Positions 19,977-30,040 of a DNA stretch of 64,000 nucleotides are shown here, piece by piece (position 1 is the stretch's first letter; each line of letters begins with the position of its first letter). The DNA comes from Candidatus Parcubacteria bacterium (GTDB lineage: Bacteria > Patescibacteriota > Minisyncoccia > UBA6257 > HR35), in NCBI GenBank assembly GCA_026004495.1, contig BPJG01000001.1, positions 350,858 through 414,857 of the forward strand, read 5' to 3'. A model generated the notes under the pieces. That model had not been told where the DNA came from, made no database searches, and worked only from the letters and a program-made list of their open reading frames with translations. Both the position numbers and the translations under genes were made by a program.

Positions 19977-20158
19977 AAATTAGAAAATCTGTCCTAAAAA
20001 GATTTAAAATAACTAAGAATGGTAAGTTTTTAAGAAGAAAAAGTGGTATTTCTCATTTTTTGGCTAAAAAGTCTTCAAAAATCATAAGAAGAAAAAAAAG
20101 ATTAAAAAAAGCAAAAGCAGAAAAAAATTTGATTAAATATTTAAATTATAATATTTAA
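19973..20158 (+). CDS. rpmI: 50S ribosomal protein bL35
   Basis: KSVLKRFKITKNGK, SHFLAKKS. Confidence 0.93.
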   Translation: MKIRKSVLKRFKITKNGKFLRRKSGISHFLAKKSSKIIRRKKRLKKAKAEKNLIKYLNYNI

Positions 20159-20159
20159 A

Positions 20160-20702
20160 ATGGAGCAGAAATTAAAAATTGCTATTTCTGGAGCAGCTGA
20201 AACTGCTCATTGTTCAGAAAATATAAATGAATTAGCCTATGAAGTTGGAAAATATTTGGCCTTGAATAATTGTATTTTAATAACTGGAGCTACAACTGGT
20301 GCTCCCCTTTGGGCAGCAAGAGGTGCATATGAAAATAATGGTTATGTAATTGGTATTTCGCCAGCTATGGATAAAAAAGAACATATAGAAATTTATAATC
20401 TTCCAATTGATTATCATCATTTAATTCTATATACTGGCTTTGGTCATTCTTTGAGAAATTTGGTTTTAATAAGATCTGGCGATGGAGTTATTTTTATTTG
20501 CGGTAGAACCGGAACACTAAATGAATTTACTATTGCCTATGAAGAAAAAAAACCAATGGGCATTTTACTAAATAGTGGCGGAGAAGAAAAATATATGGAT
20601 GATATTATAAATGAATCACATAAGGAACATAAAAAAATAATTTGGGAATCTAAGCCCTCAAAATTAGTTGAAGAGATTATTAAAATAATGAAAAATGATT
20701 GA
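20160..20702 (+). CDS. LOG/SLOG family protein
   Basis: ITGATTG, VIGISP, RN..LIRSGD, GRTGTLNEF. Confidence 0.85.
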   Translation: MEQKLKIAISGAAETAHCSENINELAYEVGKYLALNNCILITGATTGAPLWAARGAYENNGYVIGISPAMDKKEHIEIYNLPIDYHHLILYTGFGHSLRNLVLIRSGDGVIFICGRTGTLNEFTIAYEEKKPMGILLNSGGEEKYMDDIINESHKEHKKIIWESKPSKLVEEIIKIMKND

Positions 20703-21123
20703 ATTGACTACGATTGAAATAATATACAGATTAATTTTAGCAACAATAATTGGAGCAGTTATTGGTGCCGAAAGAAGTTTTTTTCATAAACAAGCTGGCT
20801 TAAGAACGTTTGCTTTAGTATCTTTAGGTGCAACCTTATTTTCAATTATAGCTCTAAACTTTAATTTAGATTCTGCTTCAAGGATATTAGCTAATATTGT
20901 TATTGGTATAGGTTTCTTAGGTGGTGGTTTAATATATTTTTATCAAGAAAAATTACAAGGGGTTACAACAGCAGCTGCCTTATGGGTTACAGCAGCAATT
21001 GGTGCAGCTATTGGTCAAGGATATTATTTAGAAGTTTTTGCCTCTTCTATTTTAGTATTATTAATATTATCCTTTCTACCTTTTATTGAAACAAGAATTA
21101 CTAATGATAGATCAAATAATTAA
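20695..21123 (+). CDS. MgtC/SapB family membrane protein
   Basis: IGAER, AGLRTFALV, GIGFLGGG, GVTTAAALW. Confidence 0.92.
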   Translation: MIELTTIEIIYRLILATIIGAVIGAERSFFHKQAGLRTFALVSLGATLFSIIALNFNLDSASRILANIVIGIGFLGGGLIYFYQEKLQGVTTAAALWVTAAIGAAIGQGYYLEVFASSILVLLILSFLPFIETRITNDRSNN

Positions 21124-22198
21124 GAGTATATTTATCTTAGTTAGTACCGTAATAGGATTAGGAATATTTGTTCTACCATATACCGCCTTAAAATCGGGTA
21201 TATTTTTTTATTTTTGGTTAATAATTATCCCTATTTTGGTTTTAATTTTTCATTTAGTTTATGGCGAAATAATTTTTCAAGTTGAAGAAAAACATAATTT
21301 GCCATCTTTAGTTGCAAGAATAATAAATTCTAAACTTAAGCTTCCAATTTGGTTAATTGATTTTTTAGGTTTAATGATGGTTTTTGTTGTTTATTTGGTA
21401 GTTATCGAAGAAATTATTAACCATTCATTAAATTTAAGTTTTTATTTTAAGCCTTTATTAGCCTTATTTATTTTTTTTATTCTATCTTTTAAAAATAATT
21501 TTTTTAGCAAATTAGATTCATTATTGGCTATATTTTTAATTGTTTTTATTTTAGTTTTAAGTGGTTATTTATTAACTAAAGTAAACATTAAAAATCTCTT
21601 ACCATTTGATGCTAATTTTGTTTTTAGTTACGGTATTATTTTATTTTCCTTTACTGGTTATCATTCTTTACAAATAATTTATGATCTATTAGGCAAGGAT
21701 AAATTTAACTTTATAAGGGTAAATATTTTAAGTTTATTTTTTGTTTTCTTAATTTATCTTTTATATACCTTAACTGTCTTGGGTACAATTGGGCCAGAGA
21801 TTGATGTTTTAAGTTTGTTTTCATTAATAAAATATTTGAACATTAATTACCTTAATTATTTAATACTAATTTTGTTTTTATTAAGCATCTTAACTACATT
21901 TATATCATTAGCTTATTATTTGAAACGCGGTTTGATTGTTGATTTTAGATTTAAAGAAAATATATCTTGGCTAACTATAGGATTGTCTATAATCTTAATA
22001 AGTTTTTTTGATTTTTCTAATGTGATGAAATTAATAAATTTTATAGGTAGCTTATTTATAGGCTTAAATTTAATTCTCATTTTATTTTGTTATCTAAAAC
22101 TTAAAGAGATTAAATATTTTAATATTCCCAAAATTATTGTTTATATAATGATAGTAATTTTTAGTTTAGGATGGCTTATGGGGCTAATTACGGAATAA
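21086..22198 (+). CDS. Aromatic amino acid permease-family transporter
   Basis: TVIGLGIFVLPY, YGIILFSFTG, about 11 TM helices; start may be the second Met. Confidence 0.75.
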   Translation: MKQELLMIDQIIKSIFILVSTVIGLGIFVLPYTALKSGIFFYFWLIIIPILVLIFHLVYGEIIFQVEEKHNLPSLVARIINSKLKLPIWLIDFLGLMMVFVVYLVVIEEIINHSLNLSFYFKPLLALFIFFILSFKNNFFSKLDSLLAIFLIVFILVLSGYLLTKVNIKNLLPFDANFVFSYGIILFSFTGYHSLQIIYDLLGKDKFNFIRVNILSLFFVFLIYLLYTLTVLGTIGPEIDVLSLFSLIKYLNINYLNYLILILFLLSILTTFISLAYYLKRGLIVDFRFKENISWLTIGLSIILISFFDFSNVMKLINFIGSLFIGLNLILILFCYLKLKEIKYFNIPKIIVYIMIVIFSLGWLMGLITE

Positions 22199-22278
22199 TT
22201 CAAACGAGAATATTGGATTTTTTTATAATATAATTATAAATAAATAAAAAAATATATATAAATAAAATTTTGTATTAG

Positions 22279-22351
22279 GGGCTTGTAGCTCAGTTGGTAG
22301 AGCGCCGCTATGGCATGGCGGAGGTCAGGGGTTCAAATCCCCTCAAGTCCA
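22279..22351 (+). tRNA. tRNA-Ala(GGC)
   Basis: Cloverleaf, G3.U70, anticodon loop ATGGCAT. Confidence 0.95.
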
Positions 22352-22524
22352 TAATATTCATATTAAAAAATATTTTTTTAAAAAATTAAATACTGATCGC
22401 TTGAGAGATAAATATTTTTTACAATCAAAATAATAAATCAAAGTAAAATTTGATCTAATCCTTTCGTTTTATTTAAAAATAGTTATTTTATAATAAAAGT
22501 ATATTCTATAATAATATATTTTTT

Positions 22525-22597
22525 CGGGATGTGGCCTAACGGCTAAGGCGCTTGGTTTGGGACCAAGAGATTGTGGGTTCGAATCCCACCATCCCGA
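22525..22597 (+). tRNA. tRNA-Pro(TGG)
   Basis: CGGGATG/CATCCCG acceptor, CTTGG-TTTGGGA-CCAAG anticodon arm. Confidence 0.95.
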
Positions 22598-22725
22598 ATT
22601 ATAATTTCATTGACCTCTTTATTTTTATTAATAATTTGTTATAATTTAAAAATATATAATTTTTAATTTGCCCTCAAATAATTAAATGAGAAAATTATTT
22701 TTTGTTTTATTTTTAAAAATTAATT

Positions 22726-22932
22726 ATGAAAAAAGAAATTGTTGAAGGTGTAGTTATTGAAAATTTACCAGATACTACATTTAAGGTTAGGCTGTCAACA
22801 GGACAAGAGATTTTTGCTTATTTATCAGGAAAAATGAGGATTAATTATATAAAAATAGTTCCTGGAGATGAAGTTATTATTGAATTATCTCCTTATGATA
22901 AATCTAAGGGAAGAATAATTAAAAGAAAATAA
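22726..22932 (+). CDS. infA: Translation initiation factor IF-1
   Basis: ENLPDTTFKV, LSGKMRINYI, ELSPYD. Confidence 0.97.
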   Translation: MKKEIVEGVVIENLPDTTFKVRLSTGQEIFAYLSGKMRINYIKIVPGDEVIIELSPYDKSKGRIIKRK

Positions 22933-22947
22933 AATATTCTAAAAAAA

Positions 22948-23061
22948 ATGAAAGTTACAACATCAGTTAAAAAAAGATGTAATAAATGTAAAATTGTTAG
23001 AAGAAATAAAAGAATTTATATTATTTGTGAAAATAAAAAACACAAACAAAGACAAGGATAA
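22948..23061 (+). CDS. rpmJ: 50S ribosomal protein bL36 (missing from ORF track)
   Basis: [37 protein letters not shown]. Confidence 0.97.
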   Translation: MKVTTSVKKRCNKCKIVRRNKRIYIICENKKHKQRQG

Positions 23062-23063
23062 AA

Positions 23064-23447
23064 ATGGTTAGAATAGCAGGCAAGGAAATTCCAAATAATA
23101 AAAGATTAAAGTATTCATTGCCATATATTTATGGAATAGGAATTTCTTTGGCTGAAAAAATTTGCAATGAATTAAATATTGATTCAACAAAAAAAACTGA
23201 TGAATTAACTCAAGAAGAAATTGGTAAAATTGAAAAATATATTGATAATAATTTAAAAATAGAAAATGAATTAAGAACAGAAATTCAATCTAATATTAAA
23301 AGATTGATAGAAATTAATTGTTATCGAGGTATTAGACATAGAAAGAAATTACCTGTTAGAGCCCAAAGGACTAGAACAAATGCTAGAACAAGAAAAGGTC
23401 CTAAAAAAACAGTCGGATCAGGTAAAAGAAAAATTACTAAAAAATAA
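23064..23447 (+). CDS. rpsM: 30S ribosomal protein uS13
   Basis: MVRIAG, IYGIG, YRGIRH, QRTRTNARTRKG. Confidence 0.98.
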   Translation: MVRIAGKEIPNNKRLKYSLPYIYGIGISLAEKICNELNIDSTKKTDELTQEEIGKIEKYIDNNLKIENELRTEIQSNIKRLIEINCYRGIRHRKKLPVRAQRTRTNARTRKGPKKTVGSGKRKITKK

Positions 23448-23451
23448 ATAA

Positions 23452-23886
23452 ATGGGTAAAACAAGAACAAAACTAGTAGAAGGAAGTGAAGTAAAAGAAA
23501 AAAAGAAAGAAAAAGGTAAGAAAATTAAAAAAAAATATATTGACCTAGGAATTTTTTATATAAATTCTAATATGAATAATACTTTGATTGCCTTTACTGA
23601 TTCCCAAGGTAATGTATTGAAGTGGTCATCATGTGGAGCTGTTGGTTTTAAAAATACTAAAAAATCAACGCCTTATGCTGGTGCTAAGGTTGCTGAAAAT
23701 ATAGTTAATTCAGTAAAAGAAAATTTTGATGTTAATGAAGTTAAAGTCATTGTTAAAGGTATTGGGCCCGGTAGAGAATCATCTTTAAGAGTAATTTTCA
23801 ATTCTGATTTTAATATTATTTCTGTCGAAGATAAAACTCCAATACCCTTCGGCGGACCTACTCCGCCCAGACCAAGAAGTGTATAG
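23452..23886 (+). CDS. rpsK: 30S ribosomal protein uS11
   Basis: NNT, KKSTPYA, KGIGPGRES, DKTPIP. Confidence 0.96.
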   Translation: MGKTRTKLVEGSEVKEKKKEKGKKIKKKYIDLGIFYINSNMNNTLIAFTDSQGNVLKWSSCGAVGFKNTKKSTPYAGAKVAENIVNSVKENFDVNEVKVIVKGIGPGRESSLRVIFNSDFNIISVEDKTPIPFGGPTPPRPRSV

Positions 23887-23894
23887 ATTAAAAG

Positions 23895-24512
23895 ATGAAA
23901 ATTGAAGCTAAATGTAAAATTTGCAGAAAATTAGGCCAAAAGTTACTTTGGAATGAAAGATGTATGTCAGGTAAATGTTCTTTAAGTAGAAGAAGAATTA
24001 AACCGGGAATTCATGGTTACAAACCTAGATCTTTATCAGACTTTGCTAAGCAATTAATTGAAAAACAGAAATTGAAAAATTACTATCTTCTTAAAGAAAA
24101 GCAATTAAAAAATTTTATCGATAAGGCTAAAAAAAATAAAGAACCACTTCCTCTATCTTTAATTAAAATTTTAGAAAGTAAATTTGATAATTTTGTTTGG
24201 AGGTCTGGTTATAGCTTATCCAAGCTACAATCTAGACAGCTAATTACTCATGGTCATTTTTTAATAAATGATAAAAAAATAAATTTACCTAATTATTTAC
24301 TTAAGCCAGGTGATATAATAAAAATTCGCGAAGAAAGTAAAAAATTATCCATCTTTAGAGATATTGATAAAAAATTAAAGAATTCCCAAATTCCTTCTTG
24401 GATTAAATTCAATTTTAATGATTTAAGCGCAGAATTTATTCGTTATCCTGAATTAGAGGAAATTAATCTACCATTTAATTTATCAATCGCTCTTCAATTT
24501 TATGGCAAATAA
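23895..24512 (+). CDS. rpsD: 30S ribosomal protein uS4
   Basis: CKICR zinc ribbon, QLIEKQKLK, RQLITHGH S4 domain. Confidence 0.96.
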   Translation: MKIEAKCKICRKLGQKLLWNERCMSGKCSLSRRRIKPGIHGYKPRSLSDFAKQLIEKQKLKNYYLLKEKQLKNFIDKAKKNKEPLPLSLIKILESKFDNFVWRSGYSLSKLQSRQLITHGHFLINDKKINLPNYLLKPGDIIKIREESKKLSIFRDIDKKLKNSQIPSWIKFNFNDLSAEFIRYPELEEINLPFNLSIALQFYGK

Positions 24513-24541
24513 GTCGATTAATTAAGATTAAAATTATAATA

Positions 24542-25246
24542 ATGATAAAAGAAATTATTATTCCTGATAACATTAAAATAATCTCTTTAGAAAATAATAA
24601 GGGAATTTTTGAATTATTTCCTCTTTATCCTGGTTATGGAATTACAATTGGTAATGCCTTGCGTAGAGTTTTACTTTCTTCAATTAAGGGATCAGCTATT
24701 ACAATGGTTAAAATTGAGGGTGTACCTCATGAATTTTCAACTGTCCCGGGTGTTTTAGAAGATATAATAGATATAATTTTAAGACTAAAGCATGTAAGGA
24801 TAAAATACGAAGGAGAAACAGCCATTGAATTAGAATTATCCAAAAAAGGTAAGGGTGAGGTATTAACTAAAGATATAAAATGCCCTCCAGGAGTGAAAAT
24901 TATAAATGAAGATTTTTTAATAGCAACACTAACATCTAATGAGACTGAATTAAAAATGAAATTGATTGTCGAAAGAGGTTATGGATATTACGTTGCTGAA
25001 GATAGAGAAAAAAGATTGGAAAGAGTTGATCCAGGTTTTATATTTTTAGATGCTATTTTTTCTCCCATTGTTAATGTAACTTATGAAGTTGAAAATATAG
25101 TTTACAAAGAAAGGACTGATTATAACTTACTAAGATTGATCATAGAAACAGATGGAACAATTGAACCAGTAGATGCCCTTAAACAAGCCTTAGAAGTCTT
25201 AATTAAACATTTTAATTTTATTTATGAAACATTTGGTAAAAACTAA
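24542..25246 (+). CDS. rpoA: RNA polymerase alpha subunit, N-terminal domain only
   Basis: GYGITIGNALRRVLLSS, HEFSTVPGVLED, DAIFSP, ETDGTI; ends at 234 aa. Confidence 0.96.
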   Translation: MIKEIIIPDNIKIISLENNKGIFELFPLYPGYGITIGNALRRVLLSSIKGSAITMVKIEGVPHEFSTVPGVLEDIIDIILRLKHVRIKYEGETAIELELSKKGKGEVLTKDIKCPPGVKIINEDFLIATLTSNETELKMKLIVERGYGYYVAEDREKRLERVDPGFIFLDAIFSPIVNVTYEVENIVYKERTDYNLLRLIIETDGTIEPVDALKQALEVLIKHFNFIYETFGKN

Positions 25247-25574
25247 AAATTTTCATAGAAAAAGAGATCAAAGAAATGCTTTGATGAAAATATTAGCTCA
25301 TAATTTAATTATGAAGGAAAGAATAAAAACAACAACCGCAAGAGCCAAATATTTAAGAAAAATTGTTGAAAAATTAATAACCAAAGCTAAAAAACAAGAT
25401 TTAAGTGTTTTGAGACTATTAATAAAAAAATTACCTAAAAAATCTGCTTATAAACTTTTTTATGAAATAGCTCCTCGTTATAAAGAAAGAAATGGAGGAT
25501 ATTTAAGAGTAATTAAATTGCCATTAAAAAGATTAAAAGATAACGCGGAATTAAGTATTATTGAATTTGTTTAA
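25224..25574 (+). CDS. rplQ: 50S ribosomal protein bL17
   Basis: MKH, ERIKTT, EKLITKAK, RNGGYLR. Confidence 0.96.
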   Translation: MKHLVKTKNFHRKRDQRNALMKILAHNLIMKERIKTTTARAKYLRKIVEKLITKAKKQDLSVLRLLIKKLPKKSAYKLFYEIAPRYKERNGGYLRVIKLPLKRLKDNAELSIIEFV

Positions 25575-25858
25575 TGTTAGTTATTAGATTTCAACCCGTA
25601 GGTAAAAAACATCAAAAAATTTTTAGAATAGTTCTTCAAGATAAGAAAAGTAAGCTATCGGGAAAAATTATTGAAAAACTTGGCTGGTGGGATCCTCGGC
25701 TTAAAAAAGGAGACTTCAAGGCTGATTTGATAAAATTTTATATTTCTAATGGAGCACAAGTTTCTGATAGTGTTTGGAATTTATTAATAAAGAAAGCTAT
25801 TATTAAGGGCAAAAAAAGACCTATATCAATTAAAAATAAAAGAAATGAAAACACCTAA
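25574..25858 (+). CDS. rpsP: 30S ribosomal protein bS16
   Basis: MLVIRF..GKKHQ..FRIV, EKLGWWDP, GAQVSDSV. Confidence 0.94.
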   Translation: MLVIRFQPVGKKHQKIFRIVLQDKKSKLSGKIIEKLGWWDPRLKKGDFKADLIKFYISNGAQVSDSVWNLLIKKAIIKGKKRPISIKNKRNENT

Positions 25859-27134
25859 AATAATTAAATCAACTAACGGTTTAGATTGTCTATTTTATAA
25901 TTCGCCAGAATTAATCACAACTACAGTTCTGGCCTTAGTAAAAACAGGAACTGATTATGAGAGTAAAAATTTAAATGGAATTTCTCATTTTATTGAACAT
26001 TTATTTTTTAAAGGAACAAAAAACTTTGCTACTCCTCAAAGTTTAAGTTGGGAATTAGATAAGATTGGAGCAGATTATAATGCTTTTACTTCTTATGAAT
26101 ATACTGGTTATTATATTAAAACCTTAAATCATTATTTAGATAGAGCCGTTTATTTACTAGCTGAAATGTTAACTAATCCAATTTTTGATCAATCAGAATT
26201 AGAAAAAGAGAGAAGTGTTATTTTAGAGGAAATTAATTATCTCCATGATACACCTATAAGTTTTATTTTCGAAGAAACATTAAAATTAGCCTACGGAGAT
26301 CAGCCTGCTGGATGGTCAATTTTAGGAACTCCGCAAACCTTATTAAGAATTAACCAGGAGGAAATAAAAAATTATTTTTTTAATAATTATTCAAATAAAA
26401 ATACCTTAATTATAATAGTTGGAAATTTTAATCTTAATAAAGCTAAAAGTTATATAAATAAGTATTTTTCTAGTTATAATAAAAATAAGAATATAAGCAA
26501 ACCTAAATTTACAGAAACAACACTAATTCCTAAGATAAATATAATTAAAAGGAAAGAAATTAAGCAATCACATTTAGCTTTACTATTTAAGTTGAAAGGC
26601 TTAAATTTTTTAAAAAATAGAAGATTATCTTTAGGTTTGTTAACTAGTTTTTTAGGCTATGGTTTTAGTTCGAGAATGTTTAGAGTTTTGAGAGAAGAGC
26701 TAGGAATTACTTATTATTTAAAAGTTAGCAATGATCTTTATTCTAATCGTGGTTATTTATATATCCAAACAGGATCAACGATTGATAAAACTTACTTAAC
26801 TGTAGATAAAATTATCGATGAATTGATTAAAATTAAAAAAGAAAAAATTTCTAATGAAGAAATCGAAAAAGCAAAGTCATTATTAGAAACATCTATTTTT
26901 TCCTTAGCTGAATCTTCCCTATCTTTAGCTTTATTTTTTGGATTAGATTATTTGATTTTTAATAAAATTTTTACTACCGATTATTATTTAAAGGAAATTA
27001 AGAAATTAAAAGAAAGTGATATGAAAAAAGAAATCCATAATTGGCTTAAGAAAGAAAACTTAGTTATGGGTATTTTAAGTTCTGAGGATTTTGATAAAAA
27101 TAAGTTTTTTAAATTAATTAAAAATTTAAACTAA
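25845..27134 (+). CDS. M16 family zinc peptidase
   Basis: GISHFIEHLFFKGT (HxxEH), NAFTS, ERSVILEE, SSRMF..LREE. Confidence 0.93.
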   Translation: MKTPKIIKSTNGLDCLFYNSPELITTTVLALVKTGTDYESKNLNGISHFIEHLFFKGTKNFATPQSLSWELDKIGADYNAFTSYEYTGYYIKTLNHYLDRAVYLLAEMLTNPIFDQSELEKERSVILEEINYLHDTPISFIFEETLKLAYGDQPAGWSILGTPQTLLRINQEEIKNYFFNNYSNKNTLIIIVGNFNLNKAKSYINKYFSSYNKNKNISKPKFTETTLIPKINIIKRKEIKQSHLALLFKLKGLNFLKNRRLSLGLLTSFLGYGFSSRMFRVLREELGITYYLKVSNDLYSNRGYLYIQTGSTIDKTYLTVDKIIDELIKIKKEKISNEEIEKAKSLLETSIFSLAESSLSLALFFGLDYLIFNKIFTTDYYLKEIKKLKESDMKKEIHNWLKKENLVMGILSSEDFDKNKFFKLIKNLN

Positions 27135-27136
27135 CA

Positions 27137-27415
27137 ATGCCCAAAACTAAATCAGCTAAAAAAGAATTACGAAAAAATATAAAGCGAAGAATAAAAAATT
27201 TAAGAAAAAAAAGATCGATTAAGGAAACAACTAAGAAATTTTTAATAGCTCTAGAAAAAAAGAATAAAGAAGAAGCTTTGCAGTTATTAAAATTAGCTTC
27301 TAAATATCTTGATAAGGCTGCTAAAAGTTTTATTCATAAAAATAAAGCAGCGCGAATTAAATCAAGATTGTCTAAAAAATTTAATAAAGTCTTTTTGGGT
27401 GAAAATATAAATTAA
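27137..27415 (+). CDS. rpsT: 30S ribosomal protein bS20
   Basis: MPKTKSAKK, LDKAAK, IHKNKAARIKSRL. Confidence 0.96.
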   Translation: MPKTKSAKKELRKNIKRRIKNLRKKRSIKETTKKFLIALEKKNKEEALQLLKLASKYLDKAAKSFIHKNKAARIKSRLSKKFNKVFLGENIN

Positions 27416-27440
27416 ATAAATATAAATTGATTTTTTAATT

Positions 27441-28700
27441 TTAATAAACAAAAATTTTATTAACTATTAAATTATTATCGTCATAAAGTTTTATTTCGTC
27501 ATACCTTTGTTTAGAAAAAGATTCATAAATGGGTATAAAAATTATCCAGTCCTTAAAATAAAAATCATTATCATTTTTTTTATTTTGATAGCAACCTCGA
27601 TAAGTAAAGTTTTCCTCAAAAAATTTATAACATTGCGAATCATAGATAATTTTTTCCCAGTCAGTATTTTTAGGCCCACTACAAGATATTTTAGATAGAA
27701 TATTTAAGCAATTATCACTTAAATTATATTTTGTTTTTAAAGAAAATAAATCAAATTTTGTAAATCTATTACAAGGAAAGTAATATTGCCTTAGATAATC
27801 TTTTAGTTCCCATCTTAATTGAGTTAAGTAATTAAAGCATTTATTAATTTTAAAATTAAAACCCAAAGGAGATTCAAGGGGATAAGGATATTTAAAGTTT
27901 GGGGGAATAAAATTCGCAGTGGTAGCGTATAGGGGATAGATAATTATTCTTTCGTTTGGTTTTAAGATAATATCTTCAAGTTTTTTATCTAAATTAGGAT
28001 TTACATCTTTAACTGCCTGAGTTATAGTAAAATTAACCTTTGAAGATATAAGCTTCCAATTAGTGACATTAATTGAATTCCTACTTTTATTGGTAAGAGT
28101 TATTAAATTTCTAGCACTATTTATTTTAATATCAATATCTTTATAGTAATTGGAAATAGAAACCATAATATAAGCAATAGCTGGAGTTGGATCAATTTCA
28201 TTTTTTTTATTAATAGCCCTAACATAAAGTTTATAAGTGTTTAATCCTTTAGGTAGAAATATCTTTTTATGCTTACCATAAATAATTTGCCAATTTTTAT
28301 TAAGGGGCTCGATTTTATATTGAAAGAAAATTTTTTCCGAAGGATTTTTTTTATCTATACCCGATACCAATAAATCAAATAAATTATCTTCTATAAATGA
28401 AAATATTTTGGGCGAAATTAAAAATGTCTCTATATCGGCATTGTTTTTATAATAATTCTTTTTTTTTGTTTGGGCATAAATATATTTTGTTTTTAAAAAT
28501 GGAATTTTATTTTCTTTTTTTTGTTTAAAAAATGTTCCTTCAGGTAAAATACTCTTTTCAGCTGGAGAAACATCTTTTTTTATTTTTAATTGAGGGATGT
28601 AGTTTAATCTAAATTGAAGATAGTATATTATACCTGATAAAGTTAAAAGAATAATAATTATAGCTTGAATTAAACTTTCTAATTGAGCTTTATTTTTCAT
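27441..28700 (-). CDS. Membrane-anchored extracellular hypothetical protein
   Basis: Single N-terminal TM; YKLYVRAIN..DPTPA Ig-like and INVTNWKL lamin-tail-like segments; several Cys. Confidence 0.65.
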   Translation of the reverse strand: MKNKAQLESLIQAIIIILLTLSGIIYYLQFRLNYIPQLKIKKDVSPAEKSILPEGTFFKQKKENKIPFLKTKYIYAQTKKKNYYKNNADIETFLISPKIFSFIEDNLFDLLVSGIDKKNPSEKIFFQYKIEPLNKNWQIIYGKHKKIFLPKGLNTYKLYVRAINKKNEIDPTPAIAYIMVSISNYYKDIDIKINSARNLITLTNKSRNSINVTNWKLISSKVNFTITQAVKDVNPNLDKKLEDIILKPNERIIIYPLYATTANFIPPNFKYPYPLESPLGFNFKINKCFNYLTQLRWELKDYLRQYYFPCNRFTKFDLFSLKTKYNLSDNCLNILSKISCSGPKNTDWEKIIYDSQCYKFFEENFTYRGCYQNKKNDNDFYFKDWIIFIPIYESFSKQRYDEIKLYDDNNLIVNKIFVY

Positions 28701-28855
28701 TTTATTAGAAATTTCATTTAAAATATTATATAATTTATTTAAATATTTTATAAAATTTAAAGCAGCTCTTAAGGCTTATGTTGATATTTTAAAATAATTT
28801 TAAAATAAAATTAAAATAAAAAATATTTAATAATTTTTTAATTAAAAATATAAAA

Positions 28856-30025
28856 ATGATTAATATTAAACAATTCCAAAATTTCATAGATGAAATAAGC
28901 GAAGAAAAAGATTTAAGCGAAGATGATGTTAAGGAGGCTATTTTAACTGCTTTAGCTGCTGCCTATAAAAAAGATTATTGTAATAAAGAAGAGAAAGTAG
29001 AAAGCAAATTAGATCCAACTGGAAGATGGGTTGAATTTTATTTAGTTAAAACTGTTATTGATGATAATCCCCCTCAGTTTAATAATTATAAAAATATTAA
29101 GATTTCTGAAGCTATTAAAATAAATCCCTCGATTAAAGTTGGTGATGAAATTAGAATTCCTTTAGAGATAAAAGAAAATTTTAGTCGAGTAGCAACTCAA
29201 ACTGCCAAACAAGTTATTATTCAAAAACTAAGAGAAATAAATAAAGAAAAAACCTATGAAGAATTTAAAAATAAAGAAGGAAAAATAGTTTCTGGTGCTA
29301 TTCAAAAAGTAGATCCTAATATTATTTATGTTGATTTAGGCAAGACTATTGGTTATATGTTTAAAAATGAGACTATACCTGGAGAGTTTTATCGAATTGG
29401 TAATAGGATGAGGTTTTATGTTTATGCAGTTGAAAAAACATCAAAGGGCGTAGAAATTTATCTTTCACGTTCTCACCCTCTATTTCTTAACTCACTTTTT
29501 ACCTTCGAAATTTCCGAAATATCTGAAGGCCAGATAGAAATTAAAAATGTTGTAAGGTTACCAGGAATAAGATCAAAAATTGCAGTTAAATCAAAAGTTA
29601 ACAATTTAGACCCAGTAGGAACATGTATTGGCCCTAAGGGTGCTAGAGTTTTAAATATCTCTAATGAACTTAATGGAGAAAAAATTGATATTATTCTTTA
29701 TTCAGATGACCCTGTTCAATATGTCATTAATGCTCTTTCTCCCGCTAAAATTATCAGTTCAGAGATATTACCTCAAAGGACTATTAAAGTTTATGTTAGC
29801 GAAGATCAATTACCAATTGTTTTGGGTCGTAATGGTATTAATATTAAATTAGCATCAAAATTAACAGGCTGGAAAATTGATGTTCGCTTAATCGAAGAAC
29901 CAGAAAGAGAAATTGAAGGTGGAGTTGTTGATGCAGAAAGTGATGAAAATATTAAAACTTTTGATGATGATAATAAAATTGAGGATAACAAATTAGAAAA
30001 TTTAAATGAAAGGGGTCAAAATTAA
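28856..30025 (+). CDS. nusA: Transcription termination/antitermination factor NusA
   Basis: TQTAKQVIIQKLRE, S1 and KH domains, DPVGTCIG, NALSPA. Confidence 0.97.
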   Translation: MINIKQFQNFIDEISEEKDLSEDDVKEAILTALAAAYKKDYCNKEEKVESKLDPTGRWVEFYLVKTVIDDNPPQFNNYKNIKISEAIKINPSIKVGDEIRIPLEIKENFSRVATQTAKQVIIQKLREINKEKTYEEFKNKEGKIVSGAIQKVDPNIIYVDLGKTIGYMFKNETIPGEFYRIGNRMRFYVYAVEKTSKGVEIYLSRSHPLFLNSLFTFEISEISEGQIEIKNVVRLPGIRSKIAVKSKVNNLDPVGTCIGPKGARVLNISNELNGEKIDIILYSDDPVQYVINALSPAKIISSEILPQRTIKVYVSEDQLPIVLGRNGINIKLASKLTGWKIDVRLIEEPEREIEGGVVDAESDENIKTFDDDNKIEDNKLENLNERGQN

Positions 30026-30040
30026 TTTTAATTTAAAAAT

